Of a stretch of DNA of 32,000 bases, positions 21,505 through 32,000 are shown one piece after another. Origin of the DNA: Mycoplasmoides pneumoniae FH. GTDB lineage: Bacteria > Bacillota_I > Bacilli_A > Mycoplasmatales > Mycoplasmoidaceae. The stretch is taken from NCBI RefSeq assembly GCF_001272835.1, contig NZ_CP010546.1, positions 392,809 to 424,808 on the forward strand, given 5' to 3'. Under the pieces are notes generated by a model. It did not search any database and was not told the origin of the DNA. It saw nothing but the letters and a program-made list of their open reading frames with translations. Position 1 is the first letter of the stretch. Each line of letters starts with the position of its first letter. The position numbers and the translations under genes were made by a program.

Positions 21505-21999
21505 ATGGACAAAAATGCCTTAAGAAAACAAATTCTGCAAAAAAGAATGGCATTAAGTACCATTGAAAAAAGTCACTTAGATCAAAAGATTAATCAAAAA
21601 TTAGTTGCTTTTTTAACTCCTAAGCCATGCATTAAAACAATTGCACTTTATGAACCCATTAAAAATGAGGTTACTTTTGTTGACTTCTTCTTTGAGTTTT
21701 TAAAGATTAACCAAATAAGAGCTGTTTACCCCAAGGTAATAAGTGATACCGAAATTATCTTTATTGATCAGGAGACAAATACATTCGAACCTAATCAAAT
21801 AGACTGCTTCCTAATACCATTGGTAGGCTTTAATAAAGACAATTACCGTCTAGGCTTTGGCAAGGGCTATTATGACCGTTATTTAATGCAATTAACTAGA
21901 CAACAACCTAAAATAGGAATAGCGTACAGTTTCCAAAAAGGTGATTTTTTAGCCGATCCTTGGGATGTACAACTAGACTTAATTATTAATGATGAATAG
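21505..21999 (+). CDS. 5-formyltetrahydrofolate cyclo-ligase family protein
   Basis: MDKNALRKQILQKRMALS...IALYEPIKNEV...DCFLIPLVGFNKDNYRLGFGKGYYDRYLMQL. Confidence 0.93.
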   Translation: MDKNALRKQILQKRMALSTIEKSHLDQKINQKLVAFLTPKPCIKTIALYEPIKNEVTFVDFFFEFLKINQIRAVYPKVISDTEIIFIDQETNTFEPNQIDCFLIPLVGFNKDNYRLGFGKGYYDRYLMQLTRQQPKIGIAYSFQKGDFLADPWDVQLDLIINDE

Positions 22000-22834
22000 C
22001 ATTAAATTCATTTTCCTAGGTGACGTCTATGGCAAGGCCGGACGTAATATTATTAAGAATAATCTAGCCCAACTCAAATCAAAGTATCAAGCTGATTTAG
22101 TCATTGTTAATGCCGAAAATACGACTCACGGTAAAGGACTTAGTTTAAAGCACTATGAGTTTCTAAAAGAGGCAGGCGTTAATTACATTACTATGGGTAA
22201 TCATACCTGGTTTCAGAAGCTAGATTTAGCTGTTGTAATTAATAAAAAGGACTTAGTGCGTCCTTTAAACTTAGACACCAGTTTTGCTTTTCATAACTTA
22301 GGGCAAGGTAGTCTTGTATTTGAATTTAATAAAGCAAAGATTAGGATAACTAATTTACTGGGTACTAGTGTGCCCTTACCCTTTAAAACAACTAATCCCT
22401 TTAAAGTTTTAAAAGAACTAATTTTAAAGCGCGATTGTGATCTTCATATAGTTGATTTTCACGCTGAAACCACCAGTGAAAAAAACGCCTTTTGCATGGC
22501 TTTTGATGGTTATGTCACAACCATTTTCGGCACCCACACCCACGTGCCTAGTGCTGATTTAAGAATCACCCCCAAAGGTAGTGCTTACATTACCGATGTC
22601 GGGATGTGTGGTCCGGGATTTGGTAGTGTTATTGGTGCTAACCCCGAACAGTCGATCAGACTCTTTTGTGCTGGTAGCAGAGAACACTTTGAGGTATCTA
22701 AATGCGGAGCACAACTCAATGGTGTCTTCTTTGAGGTTGATGTAAATACAAAAAAGGTGATTAAAACAGAGGCGATTAGGATTGTGGAGGACGATCCTAG
22801 ATACTTAAAACAAGACTACTTTAACCTAATTTAA
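21989..22834 (+). CDS. ymdB: YmdB-like metallophosphoesterase (TIGR00282-type family)
   Basis: MMNSIKFIFLGDVYGKAGRNIIKNNLAQLKSKYQADLVIVNAENTTHGKGL...MGNHTW...DFHAETTSEKNAFCMAFDGYVTTIFGTHTHVPSAD...YITDVGMCGP. Confidence 0.93.
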   Translation: MMNSIKFIFLGDVYGKAGRNIIKNNLAQLKSKYQADLVIVNAENTTHGKGLSLKHYEFLKEAGVNYITMGNHTWFQKLDLAVVINKKDLVRPLNLDTSFAFHNLGQGSLVFEFNKAKIRITNLLGTSVPLPFKTTNPFKVLKELILKRDCDLHIVDFHAETTSEKNAFCMAFDGYVTTIFGTHTHVPSADLRITPKGSAYITDVGMCGPGFGSVIGANPEQSIRLFCAGSREHFEVSKCGAQLNGVFFEVDVNTKKVIKTEAIRIVEDDPRYLKQDYFNLI

Positions 22835-23545
22835 CTGGGTTACCTTATTTTCTGTTTTATTCAATAAACGGTGAATGTTTTTGCGGTGCAATCAAAACAC
22901 CGCAATTGTTAGTGGTCAATACCACAATACAAAGAAGAGAATAATGTACCAATCATTTTGGTAAGAGATCGCGTTTATTGGATTAGGCTTAAAAAAGTAA
23001 AGGTAATCTAACCAAGGCACTAGGATAATGATCGCTAAAATAAAGAAGGTAACTAAGCTAGCTAAAGAAACGTACTTGGTTATTAAAGTAACTAGCAATC
23101 ACAAAACTAAGCAAATAACAAATCACCACAGCGAAATTGCCAGCAAAGAACCGCCTGTAGTAGCGATGGCTTTACCACCTTTAAACTTAAAGTACAGTGG
23201 AAAAATATGACCAATGGTAGCTGCAAAACAACTTAAATAAGTGAGGTAATAAACCTTTTGATACTGGTTTACATTAAGGTATTGTTGTAACCAAAAGCTA
23301 AAGATTAAAAAGCTGAAAACAAACGCCAAAAACCCCTTTAAAGCATCACATAAACCAACTAAGAAGCCTATTTTCAAACCAAAAACACGGATTGAGTTAG
23401 TAGCCCCCGGATTCTTGGAGCCCAATTTCCTGACATCTTTGTTTAAGATCTTGCCAAAAACATCAGCAAACATCACTGAACCCATTAAATAGCCAATAAC
23501 AAGGCTAAAGACAATAAGTAGAGCGATGGCGCTAGCTGCGTTCAT
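22826..23545 (-). CDS. plsY: Acyl-phosphate glycerol-3-phosphate acyltransferase PlsY
   Basis: [61 protein letters not shown]...[25 protein letters not shown]. Reading TGA=Trp extends the frame to TAG (cta 22826-22828). Confidence 0.94.
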
Positions 23546-24191
23546 ATGCTTTAATAATTTTATTTAATACATGGATTACTTGACTATCAAACTGGCTTGG
23601 ATTTAACCGTGCTGTAAAGTTTTTTAGCAAGCCGTTGTAGTATTTCACTAACATTTGTTTATCAGTAAAGTTAACCAAATGCGGACCCAAGATCATTTGT
23701 TCTTCAGTTAAATACTGGGTTTGCGCCTTTGTTTTATCCACAGCTAAAACTAAGTAAATAAAACCACGTTCTTCAACTAGTGTTTCAGTGGTAATAGTTC
23801 ATTGATTAGCACTTAAAAAGCGGCGCAATTCAATGATGTTGGACTGCGGTTGGAGTACAAAGTGCTTTAAAAAGTTATTGTGCTGTGCTAGTATTTGCAT
23901 AATTTTCAACCCACCTAAACCAGCAATAACACCAACAGCAGGATCTAAGTTTAAGTTAGGTAACAGGTCAAACCCGTCACTGGTAATAAAGTGCATGTTA
24001 GTGTGATCTTTTAACAACCCTTTAGCAGCACCTAATGCATTAGCACTAATATCACTGTTAACGCCCACTAAACTAGGGTTTTGTTGAACTAGTTCACGTG
24101 CTAAATAGCCATGGCCACAACCAATGTCATAAAAGGCTTTGGGTTTTTGCTGTAAGACTAAATTAGCAATTGTGCTAATCCTTCTTTTCAT
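23532..24191 (-). CDS. trmK: tRNA (adenine(22)-N(1))-methyltransferase TrmK-like (SAM-dependent methyltransferase)
   Basis: [35 protein letters not shown]...[19 protein letters not shown]...[12 protein letters not shown]...[13 protein letters not shown]. ORFs 23799..24191 and 23532..23741 are in one frame with TGA=Trp. Confidence 0.88.
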
Positions 24192-25674
24192 TTCCCCTCA
24201 TGAAGGAAAGGCTCATGTGGTTATTACGCACTGCTTGACGCAGTTTGCGAATGGCTTTGGTTTCTATTTGCCGAATCTTTTCGCGGGGAATCTTAATCTT
24301 TTGACTTACCTCATCGAGTGTTTTGGTTTCGTTGTAAGGTGGCATACCAATGCGCATCCGCACAATTAATTCTTCCTGTTCGGACAAACAGTTGTTTAAC
24401 AACTCATCAATCTTTTCGTAATTAGAACGGCTTTCGGTAAACTCATCGGGCATTTGGGCATCAGTATCACGCACAAAGTCACCGAACTGCGATTCTTCAT
24501 CGTGGCCCACTGTTTTATCTAAAGAAACAGGATCTAAGCTTAAACGTTTAATTTCAGCAATCTTTTTAACTGTAAACCCTTCAGCTTGACCACCCATTTT
24601 TTCCGCTAACTCTTCCGCGGTGGGTTCGCGTCCTAATTCTTGGTTTAAGGCACGTTCAGCTTTAGCTAAACGGTTAATAGTTTCCACCATGTGTACGGGA
24701 ATCCGAACCGTACGTGCTTGATCAGCAATAGCACGAGTAATCGCTTGTTTAATCCACCAAGTAGCATAAGTGGAAAACTTATTACCCAATGACCAGTTAA
24801 ACTTGGAAATGGCCTTTAAAAGTCCTAGGTTACCTTCCTGGATAAGGTCATTAAAATCCAATCCTCTTTCCAAGTGTTTTTTAGCAATGGAGACCACTAA
24901 CCTAAGGTTAGAGGTTACCAGTTGATTAATGGCATACTTGCGTGATTCTTCATCAGTACTGTTTAAAACTTTGGCAATTCGCTGCTCAGACTCAAAGTCC
25001 AACATCTTGGAAGAATCGAGCGAACCTAGAAAGAAACGTACGTTGTCATCAACCTTATCACGATTAGAGATGTTTTTGGTGGTTAATTCTTCAATGTCCT
25101 CGTCAATGATCGACAAGTCTTGGTTAGCACGGAACTCATGGATGTGCTCTTCCACATCATGTGGTAGTTCAATTCCCTTGTCACGCAGTTCATCCAAAAC
25201 AAAGATAATTTCATCATCTGGGAGTTCAAACTTGGACAAAACATTAACAATGTCCTTGTTGGAAAGCGAGTTATTGTCTTTCTTTTTGTTCTTTTTCTCC
25301 CACACCTCCACCAACAGGCTAATTACCTTGTTAGTATCATCATTTTCGGTATGACTCTTTAGAGAGCCTTCTAAAATATCAAACAGCTTAAGGTTGTTCT
25401 TTTCCTTTAAAGGTGCGTGTTTTGGCTTTCGACCGCGACGCTTCTTTGGTACATCACTCTCCTTGTTTTCTTGAAGCGTTTTTAAAAAGGCTACGTTTTC
25501 GTGTTTTTGTTTACGTTGTGCCTTAGTGTCAACGTAAATCATCTTTTTAAACGGACGGTTTTTACCGAGGATACGACTCTTTTTAAGTTCAGCAATGCGC
25601 TCTTCGTTAAGTGCTTGTTTTTGATTTTCAGTTTTAGGCTGAGGTTTTTTGAAATTTTTCTTTGGCGATGACAT
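24175..25674 (-). CDS. rpoD: RNA polymerase primary sigma factor (RpoD/SigA)
   Basis: NLRLVVSIAKKHLERGLDFNDLIQEGNLGLLKAISKFNWSLGNKFSTYATWWIKQAITRAIADQARTVRIPVHMVETINR (regions 2-3) and TLDEVSQKIKIPREKIRQIETKAIRKLRQ (region 4.2). Confidence 0.98.
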   Translation of the reverse strand: MSSPKKNFKKPQPKTENQKQALNEERIAELKKSRILGKNRPFKKMIYVDTKAQRKQKHENVAFLKTLQENKESDVPKKRRGRKPKHAPLKEKNNLKLFDILEGSLKSHTENDDTNKVISLLVEVWEKKNKKKDNNSLSNKDIVNVLSKFELPDDEIIFVLDELRDKGIELPHDVEEHIHEFRANQDLSIIDEDIEELTTKNISNRDKVDDNVRFFLGSLDSSKMLDFESEQRIAKVLNSTDEESRKYAINQLVTSNLRLVVSIAKKHLERGLDFNDLIQEGNLGLLKAISKFNWSLGNKFSTYATWWIKQAITRAIADQARTVRIPVHMVETINRLAKAERALNQELGREPTAEELAEKMGGQAEGFTVKKIAEIKRLSLDPVSLDKTVGHDEESQFGDFVRDTDAQMPDEFTESRSNYEKIDELLNNCLSEQEELIVRMRIGMPPYNETKTLDEVSQKIKIPREKIRQIETKAIRKLRQAVRNNHMSLSFMRGNEKKD

Positions 25675-25682
25675 TCAGTCTA

Positions 25683-25706
25683 GTGCGCACGCGTATACAC
25701 GCACGC
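25683..25706. other. 24-nt perfectly alternating purine/pyrimidine tract (potential Z-DNA-forming) upstream of rpoD
   Basis: gtgcgcacgcgtatacacgcacgc; every step alternates R/Y from 25683 to 25706. Lies 9-32 nt upstream of the rpoD start at 25674. Confidence 0.8.
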
Positions 25707-25726
25707 CAAGTGGAATTGTACATTAT

Positions 25727-27589
25727 TTAGTGCTCAACCATGCTTTTAAAATATTTTAAAAGCTCTTTTTGTTTCACAATTAGTTGCCGAAAAAACTGTA
25801 AATCTTCCTCATAATCCTCAGGGTCATATGAGAGTGATTTGTTTAAAAAGAACTCCTTAATTTGCGCTAAAAAAGTTGTTGGAAACATTGCTTGTTGTTC
25901 CCCTAAAATACTGTTAAACACAGCCCAATCAGGCTCTTGCACCTTAGCTCAATAAAGCCGCGCTTTATCAATAAAAAGGGCAACATCAAACAACGGTGTT
26001 TGCAATGAAGCAAACAATTCATCTAAATCAGATTGCTTTAATTCGACTAAAAACTGCTTATCTAACAGTACGTAAGCGAAGATTTCAGCATGAAATACAC
26101 GTTCCTTGGTCTCCTTTCAGTTGTTTTCGACTAAAAACTCCTTGGTAATGGCAACCGGCTGCGATTCATTTCTAAAACTATTATCAACCACACCAACCAC
26201 TGATTCGTAAATCGGGGCTCTTTGGGTAAAAGTTGTAGTTTTATTAACTTTTACTTTGAGCTTTTGCTGCTGTAATTGTGTGAACAGTGTTTCCACATCA
26301 CTGTATTGCAACAATTGCTGTAATTTCTGACACAAAAAGCGGCTAAAGCTAGTGTCAGCTGTTACTTTCTGGTTTTGTGCAATAATGTCGATAACTTTAT
26401 TGACGGTAATCCGCTCATCAAAGCCCTTGGTTTTAAAGTAAGCCACTAAGTATTCCACGAGGTTTAAAACCCTGTGAGTCTTAGCTTTAACCGCATCACT
26501 ACCTTCAGCTAAAAACAACTCATCCCAGTCTTTGTAAGCGGCTTGGTTTCAATCGACCACTTCCACAATAATGCCGTGTGCGTTTAACTCTTGTAATAGC
26601 TTAAAAGTAGCATCGTGACCCGCTGTATCATTATCGAGTGCCAAGACCACTGTTTCTAGCGCTTTTAGTTGCTGTTGAAAGGCAATAATGTGGCTTTCAC
26701 TCAAGGCTAAACCCATTAAGCCCACTACATCACCAATCCCAGCGCTAGTAAGGGCAAAGACATCGAAGTAACCCTCAACTAAATACAGCTTTAGTGTGTT
26801 TTTATCAATCCGGTGGAAGTTAAATAACAATTCACTCTTCTTAAACCACTGGTGTTCTGCACTGTTTTTGTATTTAATCTTTTCCGTTTTTTGCAGTGCA
26901 CGCCCTGAAAAACCTACTGGATTACCCTTAAGGTCATGGATCGGAATCATAATCCGGCTCTTAAAGGTTGCATAATGCGTTTGTTGGTTAAAAAATCCTA
27001 AAGCTTCTGGGAATTTTTCAGTAGCAAAACAGAGCTCTGCCTTTTCAATTGCCGGGCTAATTCAGGGATAGTTTAAGAGACTGGGTAGAAAATACTGGTC
27101 TTCTAAAGTAAACGCTAAACCCAACTGAAAGCGTTCAATTACTTGAGGACTTAACTTTCGTGTTTCAGTTAAGTAAGTCAAACCCTGCTCTTTGGGCTCT
27201 AGCTTTAACCGGGTTTGATAGTAATCGACTAGGGCACTGTGTAGATCCCAATAGCGCTTTAACTTTGGGTCAACTTCCTTAAGGTGAAAGTTAACAGCGT
27301 ATTGTGAGTCAAGATTGAGAATACTAAGTGCCTTATTGAGCGCCGTTTTTCAATCTACCTGATCAATTTTTTGGATAAAAGCAATCCCATTACCGCCCAC
27401 CTGACACGAGAAACACTTAAAGATGTTCTTTGCAACTGACACCGTCATCGAGGGGTTTTGGTCAGCATGAAAGGGACAGAGTGCCACAAAGTCCTTCCCC
27501 TTCTTTTTTAGCTTAATGGCATAGTGCTCCACTATGGGAGCTATTTTGATTTGCTGTTTGAGCTGATCTAGGCTAGTGGGACTGGTCAT
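25727..27589 (-). CDS. dnaG: DNA primase DnaG
   Basis: [72 protein letters not shown] (zinc finger). TOPRIM LYLVEGYFDVFALTSAGI...VVLALDNDTAGHDAT. TGA=Trp joins four ORFs. Confidence 0.96.
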
Positions 27590-28922
27590 CGTGTTGGGCA
27601 AACCAAGCCTTGAGCTCCTTGATTGGGACACGCACTTGCTTGAGTGAATCCCGTTCTCTGATGGTAACAGCTTGGTCTTCTAAACTTTCAAAGTCAAAGG
27701 TAATGGCAAACTTAGTGCCAATGGCATCAGCTTTACGGTACCGTTTGCCAATACTACCGGCGCTTTCAAAGCCAATCCGTCAGTGGGTTTGACTCAGCGC
27801 TTCAAATAATGTTTGTGCTGTTTCTTTGAGTTTATTGACTAAGGGCAGCACTACAATTTGTTCTGGACATAAGTGAAAGGGTAAACGTAACACTTCGCGC
27901 ATTTCCCCTTCCAACTGCTCTTGTTGATAGCTGCTAACAATCAAGGCATAAAACAAGCGCTCAATTCCCACCGAAGGCTCCACTACAGCTGGAATAAAGT
28001 GTTCGTTATTCTCTCCATCAAAGAAGTCTAAGGGCTTTTTGGCGTACTTTTGGTGTTGTTCTAAATCAAAGGTACCACGATCAGCTAAACCCCACAATTC
28101 CCTCAAGCCATGGGGAAACTGGAATAAAAAATCCACTGTTTTATTGGCATAGTGTGCTAATTCATTCTTGTCATACTCGTATTGTTTAACCAATGCTGGG
28201 TTTAATTGCAGTACCTTAAACAAAAAGTGAGCAATTGCTTGTTGTTGGCTTTCAAAAACGCTTAAACTGGCTTGAGGATTGCAGAACCACTCCATTTCAA
28301 ACTGTTCAAATTCACGAACGCGAAACAAAAAGTTTCCCGGGGTCACTTCATTGCGAAAGCTCTTACCAAACTGGGCTACGCCAAACGGTAAAGGACGCTT
28401 TTTGAGTTGTAACAGCTGTTTAAAGTTAATGAAGATGCCCTGAGCTGTTTCCGGACGAAGGTAAACCAGGCGTTTTTCGCTGTTGACAACGCCAATTTCA
28501 GTTTGGAACAAGAGGTTAAAATCGCGTACTTCTGACCAATTATTGGCCTTACAGTTAGGACAGTTGACCTGCTTTGGGTTTCACTGGGTGGCGCTTTTAA
28601 TTTGTTCATCCAAATGATCAACACGAAAACGCAACTTACAGCTCTTACAATCCACAAGAGCATCAGTGAAATTGGCTAAATGGCCACTAGCTTTTCAGAT
28701 CTGTTCGTTGAGAATAATTGGCGTGTCAATCAACAATACATCCCGCTTATTTTTAATGAAGAAGTTGTACAGTGCCGTTTTAATTTGTTGCTTTAAAACG
28801 GCACCCAACGGACCGAAGTCCCAGCTGTTGGCAAGTCCATTGTAAAGCTCACTACTTTGAAAGACAAAGCCATAGCGCTTGAGGTATTGCACATACACTT
28901 CTTGGGAATATACTTGAGCCAT
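27573..28922 (-). CDS. glyS: Glycyl-tRNA synthetase (class II, alpha2 type)
   Basis: [52 protein letters not shown]...[60 protein letters not shown]...[17 protein letters not shown]. Confidence 0.97.
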
Positions 28923-28943
28923 AGTGTTAATTAATCTTAAAAA

Positions 28944-29672
28944 TTAGCTTTTTCATCCAAACAAGATAATCCCCACGGCAACACTAACATTGAGTGAGTT
29001 GAGCTTGGGATTCATCGGAATTTTGACCTTTAAATCAGCGTTTTTTAACAGTAGTGCATTTAAGCCCTTATCTTCATTACCTACCAGTAAAATGCGCTTG
29101 TCAAAGTCTACTTGGCGGTAATCTTTTGGCTTTAAGCGCTCATCTAATGTTGTAGCGACCGTTCAAAAGCCGTGTTTTTGCAGGGTAGTAATGGCATAAC
29201 TGAGGTTAGTAACCTGCACTAAGTTCTGGTAAAAGACAGTTCCCATACTGGTTCTAATAACGGTACTGTTAATGGGCGCCTGGTTATGCTTTTTAAAGAT
29301 AATCCCATCCACTTCAGCTGCCATACAGGTGCGCAAGATGGCGCCAAAGTTATGCAGATCTTGGATCTCATCGAGCATTACCAGGGTACTGGTGGACTTG
29401 CTGTCTGTAATTTGGATTAACTGCTCAATTGTTTTGAGCATTTGGTTAGGGTTGATTACACAAACAAATTCCTGGTGGTTAATGTGGCGAAACTGCTGGT
29501 GAAACCACTGGCTGGAGTGCATTTCATACCGCAATCCCCGTTTCTTAATTAAGCCCAACAGCTTTTGGTGCTTATCAGATAAATTGACCTTTTTAATTTG
29601 CAGTTGGTTATCTAACGCTTCCAAAAAGGCCTTACTACCAAATAAAAAACTGGTTTCTTGCATCCGCTTCAT
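28944..29672 (-). CDS. SpoU/TrmH family RNA 2'-O-methyltransferase
   Basis: MQETSFLFGSKAFLEALDNQ...LVMLDEIQDLHNFGAILRTCMAAEVDGIIFKKHNQAPINSTVIRTSMGTVFYQNLVQV. The TGA=Trp tail (ILLVGNEDKGLNALLLKNADLKVKIPMNPKLNSLNVSVAVGIILF) has SpoU motifs 2-3. Confidence 0.93.
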
Positions 29673-29674
29673 TA

Positions 29675-30988
29675 CTATAACAAACCTTTTTTAATTAGCT
29701 TTTGGCGCACTTCATCAGCCTTGTCTAACTGACCATTTTTGCGCAAACTAGCTCACTTTTTAATTAACTGTACATTGAGCTTAGTGTGGATCGACTTAAA
29801 GCCAATGCCCAAGATGTTTAAAGCTCACTCCAAATGGCTTAAATGTTCCTTTAAACCGCTCAAGTTTTGCTTGCTTACATCATGGTTAATTTGTTTGACT
29901 AACTTCCAAATGTGGGTAATGGCATTAGCAAAGTTGAGGTTATTGAGAAGTGCCTTAAACACCGGTTCAAACTGTTTGGGCGCGGGAATGGCGGATTGTT
30001 CAGAATACACAAACCAAGTGCGGCACACATTGACTGCCTTTTGGATCCTTTTAATATCACTGCAAGCTTGCTCTATTAAAGATTGGCTTAAATCCAACGG
30101 GTGGTAATAGTGTTTTTGATAGAACAATCAGCGCAAAATGCGAAAGTCATGGATTGTCAAAAAGTCAACTGCTAAAAGAAAGTTTTGCAGTGACTTGGAC
30201 ATCTTTTGGTTTTCAAACATTAAGTGGCCAATGTGCATCCAATGCTGCGTTAATGGTTTGTCATACAGTGCCATATGCATTGCGTTTTCGTTTTCATGAT
30301 GGGGAAACTTCAAATCCACCCCACCACCATGAATTGTCAACTGGTCTTTAAAGCTGTAATCAATTAAAAAGGCACACTCCACGTGTCAACCCGGCCGACC
30401 CCAACCTCACGGACTGTTTCACTTTACCCCAGCGGTCGTTTGTTTTCACAAAACAAAGTCCAGTTTATTGCGTTTGTCAGTAGCTTCATCCTCAATTGTT
30501 TCCACAACACGGTTGGCTAAAATACCATACTGGGGTAATTGGCTTACACTAAAGTACGTGTTGCCCAAAGGCGAAACGTAAGCAAAGCCCATTTGGACTA
30601 ACCGGGCAATGTAACCGGGCATTTTGTCAATTTTATCGGTGACTTGGAGGTGTTTAATCGGCAAAATGTTGAGCTTTTTCAACAAGCTTTTGTAAGCGGT
30701 GATTTGCTGTTTGCACAACTGCGCTTCACTAATTTCCTGTTGCTGCGCGATCTTGATAATCTTGTCGTCAATATCAGTGATGTTTTGGACAAACTGCACC
30801 TTGTACTGCGCTGCTTGCAACACCCTTTGTAGCACATCAAACACAATTAAGGGACGGGTATTGCCTAGGTGCAAATCATTGTAAACAGTCGGTCCACACA
30901 GATAAATGTTAATTTGCTTTTGTTCTAATACCACGCTCTGATTGCTCACCGTGTCAATGAGGGTAAATTTAGGTTCAAATTGGTTCAT
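29675..30988 (-). CDS. cysS: Cysteinyl-tRNA synthetase
   Basis: MNQFEPKFTLIDTVSNQSVVLEQKQINIYLCGPTVYNDLHLGNTRPLIVFDVLQRVL...[41 protein letters not shown]...ENQKMSKSLQNFL (HIGH-like and KMSKS). Confidence 0.96.
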
Positions 30989-32000
30989 TAATAATGGGAA
31001 TATTGAGGGCTTTAGCTTGTTCAAGTTTACGAGGTGTAGCCTTAATGCCAGCTAACACAAAATCAACTTTACTAGTGACGTTATTTGTAAAACGACAATC
31101 ATACTTATTGGCGAGCAAGTTTTTAATGGTATCGCGACTAATTGGAAAGCTGCCAGTAATAACAAAACTCTTTTGAAAGTAAATGCTCGCGGTGTCAAAG
31201 TTAGTGTTGCTCTTTAAAGCATCCATTTGCACTCCAACTGCTTTAAGTGCAGCTAACAGCTGTAAGTTATTGTCATTGTGAAACCAGTTAAACAACGATT
31301 CTGCCACAGTCGGTCCCACATCAGGGAGTTCTAACAGTGTTTCCATACTGGCGGATTGTAAGGCATCGATGTTTTCAAAGTGCTTCGTTAAGCTTTTGGC
31401 TAACACTTGCCCCACATGTTTAATGCCAAGCCCAGTTAACAAGCGTGCCATCCCCTTGGTTTTGGACTGTTCGATGCTGCTGATTAGTTTATTGAACAGC
31501 ACTTCACCAATTTTAAGTTCCAAGGCTAACACCGCGGCTTTGTGCTCCTTTAAGTGGTATAAATCAACGACGCTGCGCACTAAGTTATTTTCATACAGCT
31601 TACTAATGGTCTGGATACTTAGCCCCTGGATGTCCATAGCCGTTTTGGACACAAAGTAATTAATCGCTTCAAGGTTACGCTGGTCACAACGTTCATTGGT
31701 ACAGTACTGATCTACCTCATCCTTATACTGCACTAACGGGGCTTGACATGCCGGACAGTGGGTTTGTTCGGGAATCGGTTGATTCGCTGCTGTTCTTAAC
31801 GGTAAACACACCTCCAATACCTTAGGGATAATTTCCCCCGCTTTGTAAATTATCACTGTATCGTTTAAACGAATGTCCTTCTCCTTAATGTAGTCAAAGT
31901 TATGCAGTGTGGCTGCTGATACTACTGTCCCCTCTAAGTTAACTGGATCTAACTGCGCGGTATAGTTAATCTTGCCAGTGCGTCCCACTGTTACCAAGAC
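30969..32000 (-). CDS. ligA: NAD-dependent DNA ligase LigA, C-terminal part (N-terminus lies beyond the window)
   Basis: VTVGRTGKINYTAQLDPVNLEGTVVSAATLHNFDYIKEKDIRLNDTVIIYKAGEIIPKVLEV, Zn-finger CPACQAPL...CTNERCDQRN, HhH motifs, C-terminal BRCT (FVITGSFPISRDTIKNLLANKYDCRFTNNVTSKVDFVLAG). Confidence 0.97.

Noticed and set aside
862-31997. Many genes seemingly broken into 2-4 pieces in the ORF track
   Set aside because: The breaks are TGA codons read as Trp in mycoplasmas (table 4); the pieces stay in the same frame and conserved motifs continue across them. Only the lesions at ~486-491, 18734-18736 and ~19171 remain true interruptions.
1-32000. CRISPR array, tRNA/rRNA genes, transposase or integrase
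   Set aside because: No regularly spaced repeats, no clover-leaf or rRNA-like sequence and no transposase/integrase motifs were recognised on reading both strands.

Overview
The window is almost certainly a Mycoplasma pneumoniae-type chromosome segment. From memory of gene order it matches MPN333 to MPN357. TGA is read as Trp throughout (translation table 4), so the supplied ORF track (TGA = stop) breaks most real genes into pieces. I rebuilt the full-length CDSs by reading through TGA in frame. Order: an ABC transporter module (3' end of one permease-like gene, an ATPase, a second permease-like gene); a convergent nadD/HD-domain fusion; two tandem paralogous membrane proteins and an RDD-like protein; two tandem UvrD/PcrA-like helicases, one with a C-terminal transmembrane tail; then an AT-rich type I restriction-modification island. 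The island has intact hsdM, intact hsdS with two very similar target-recognition domains, a DUF16 gene with a strong Shine-Dalgarno, and an hsdR remnant broken by a TAA and a 1-nt frameshift. It ends with a 44-aa ORF plus a Fic/Doc-like gene. After it come 5-FTHF cyclo-ligase and a YmdB-like phosphodiesterase, then a compact minus-strand block: plsY, trmK-like, rpoD/sigA, dnaG, glyS, SpoU/TrmH methylase, cysS, ligA (partial). The best candidates for something under-described are: (i) the small-ORF/Fic-Doc pair next to the decayed hsdR; (ii) hsdR whose PD-(D/E)xK residues look substituted, implying a methylation-only system; (iii) the membrane-tailed helicase beside a membrane-protein cluster; (iv) a 24-nt perfectly alternating purine/pyrimidine tract just upstream of rpoD; (v) a 19-bp tandem repeat in the hsdR leader.
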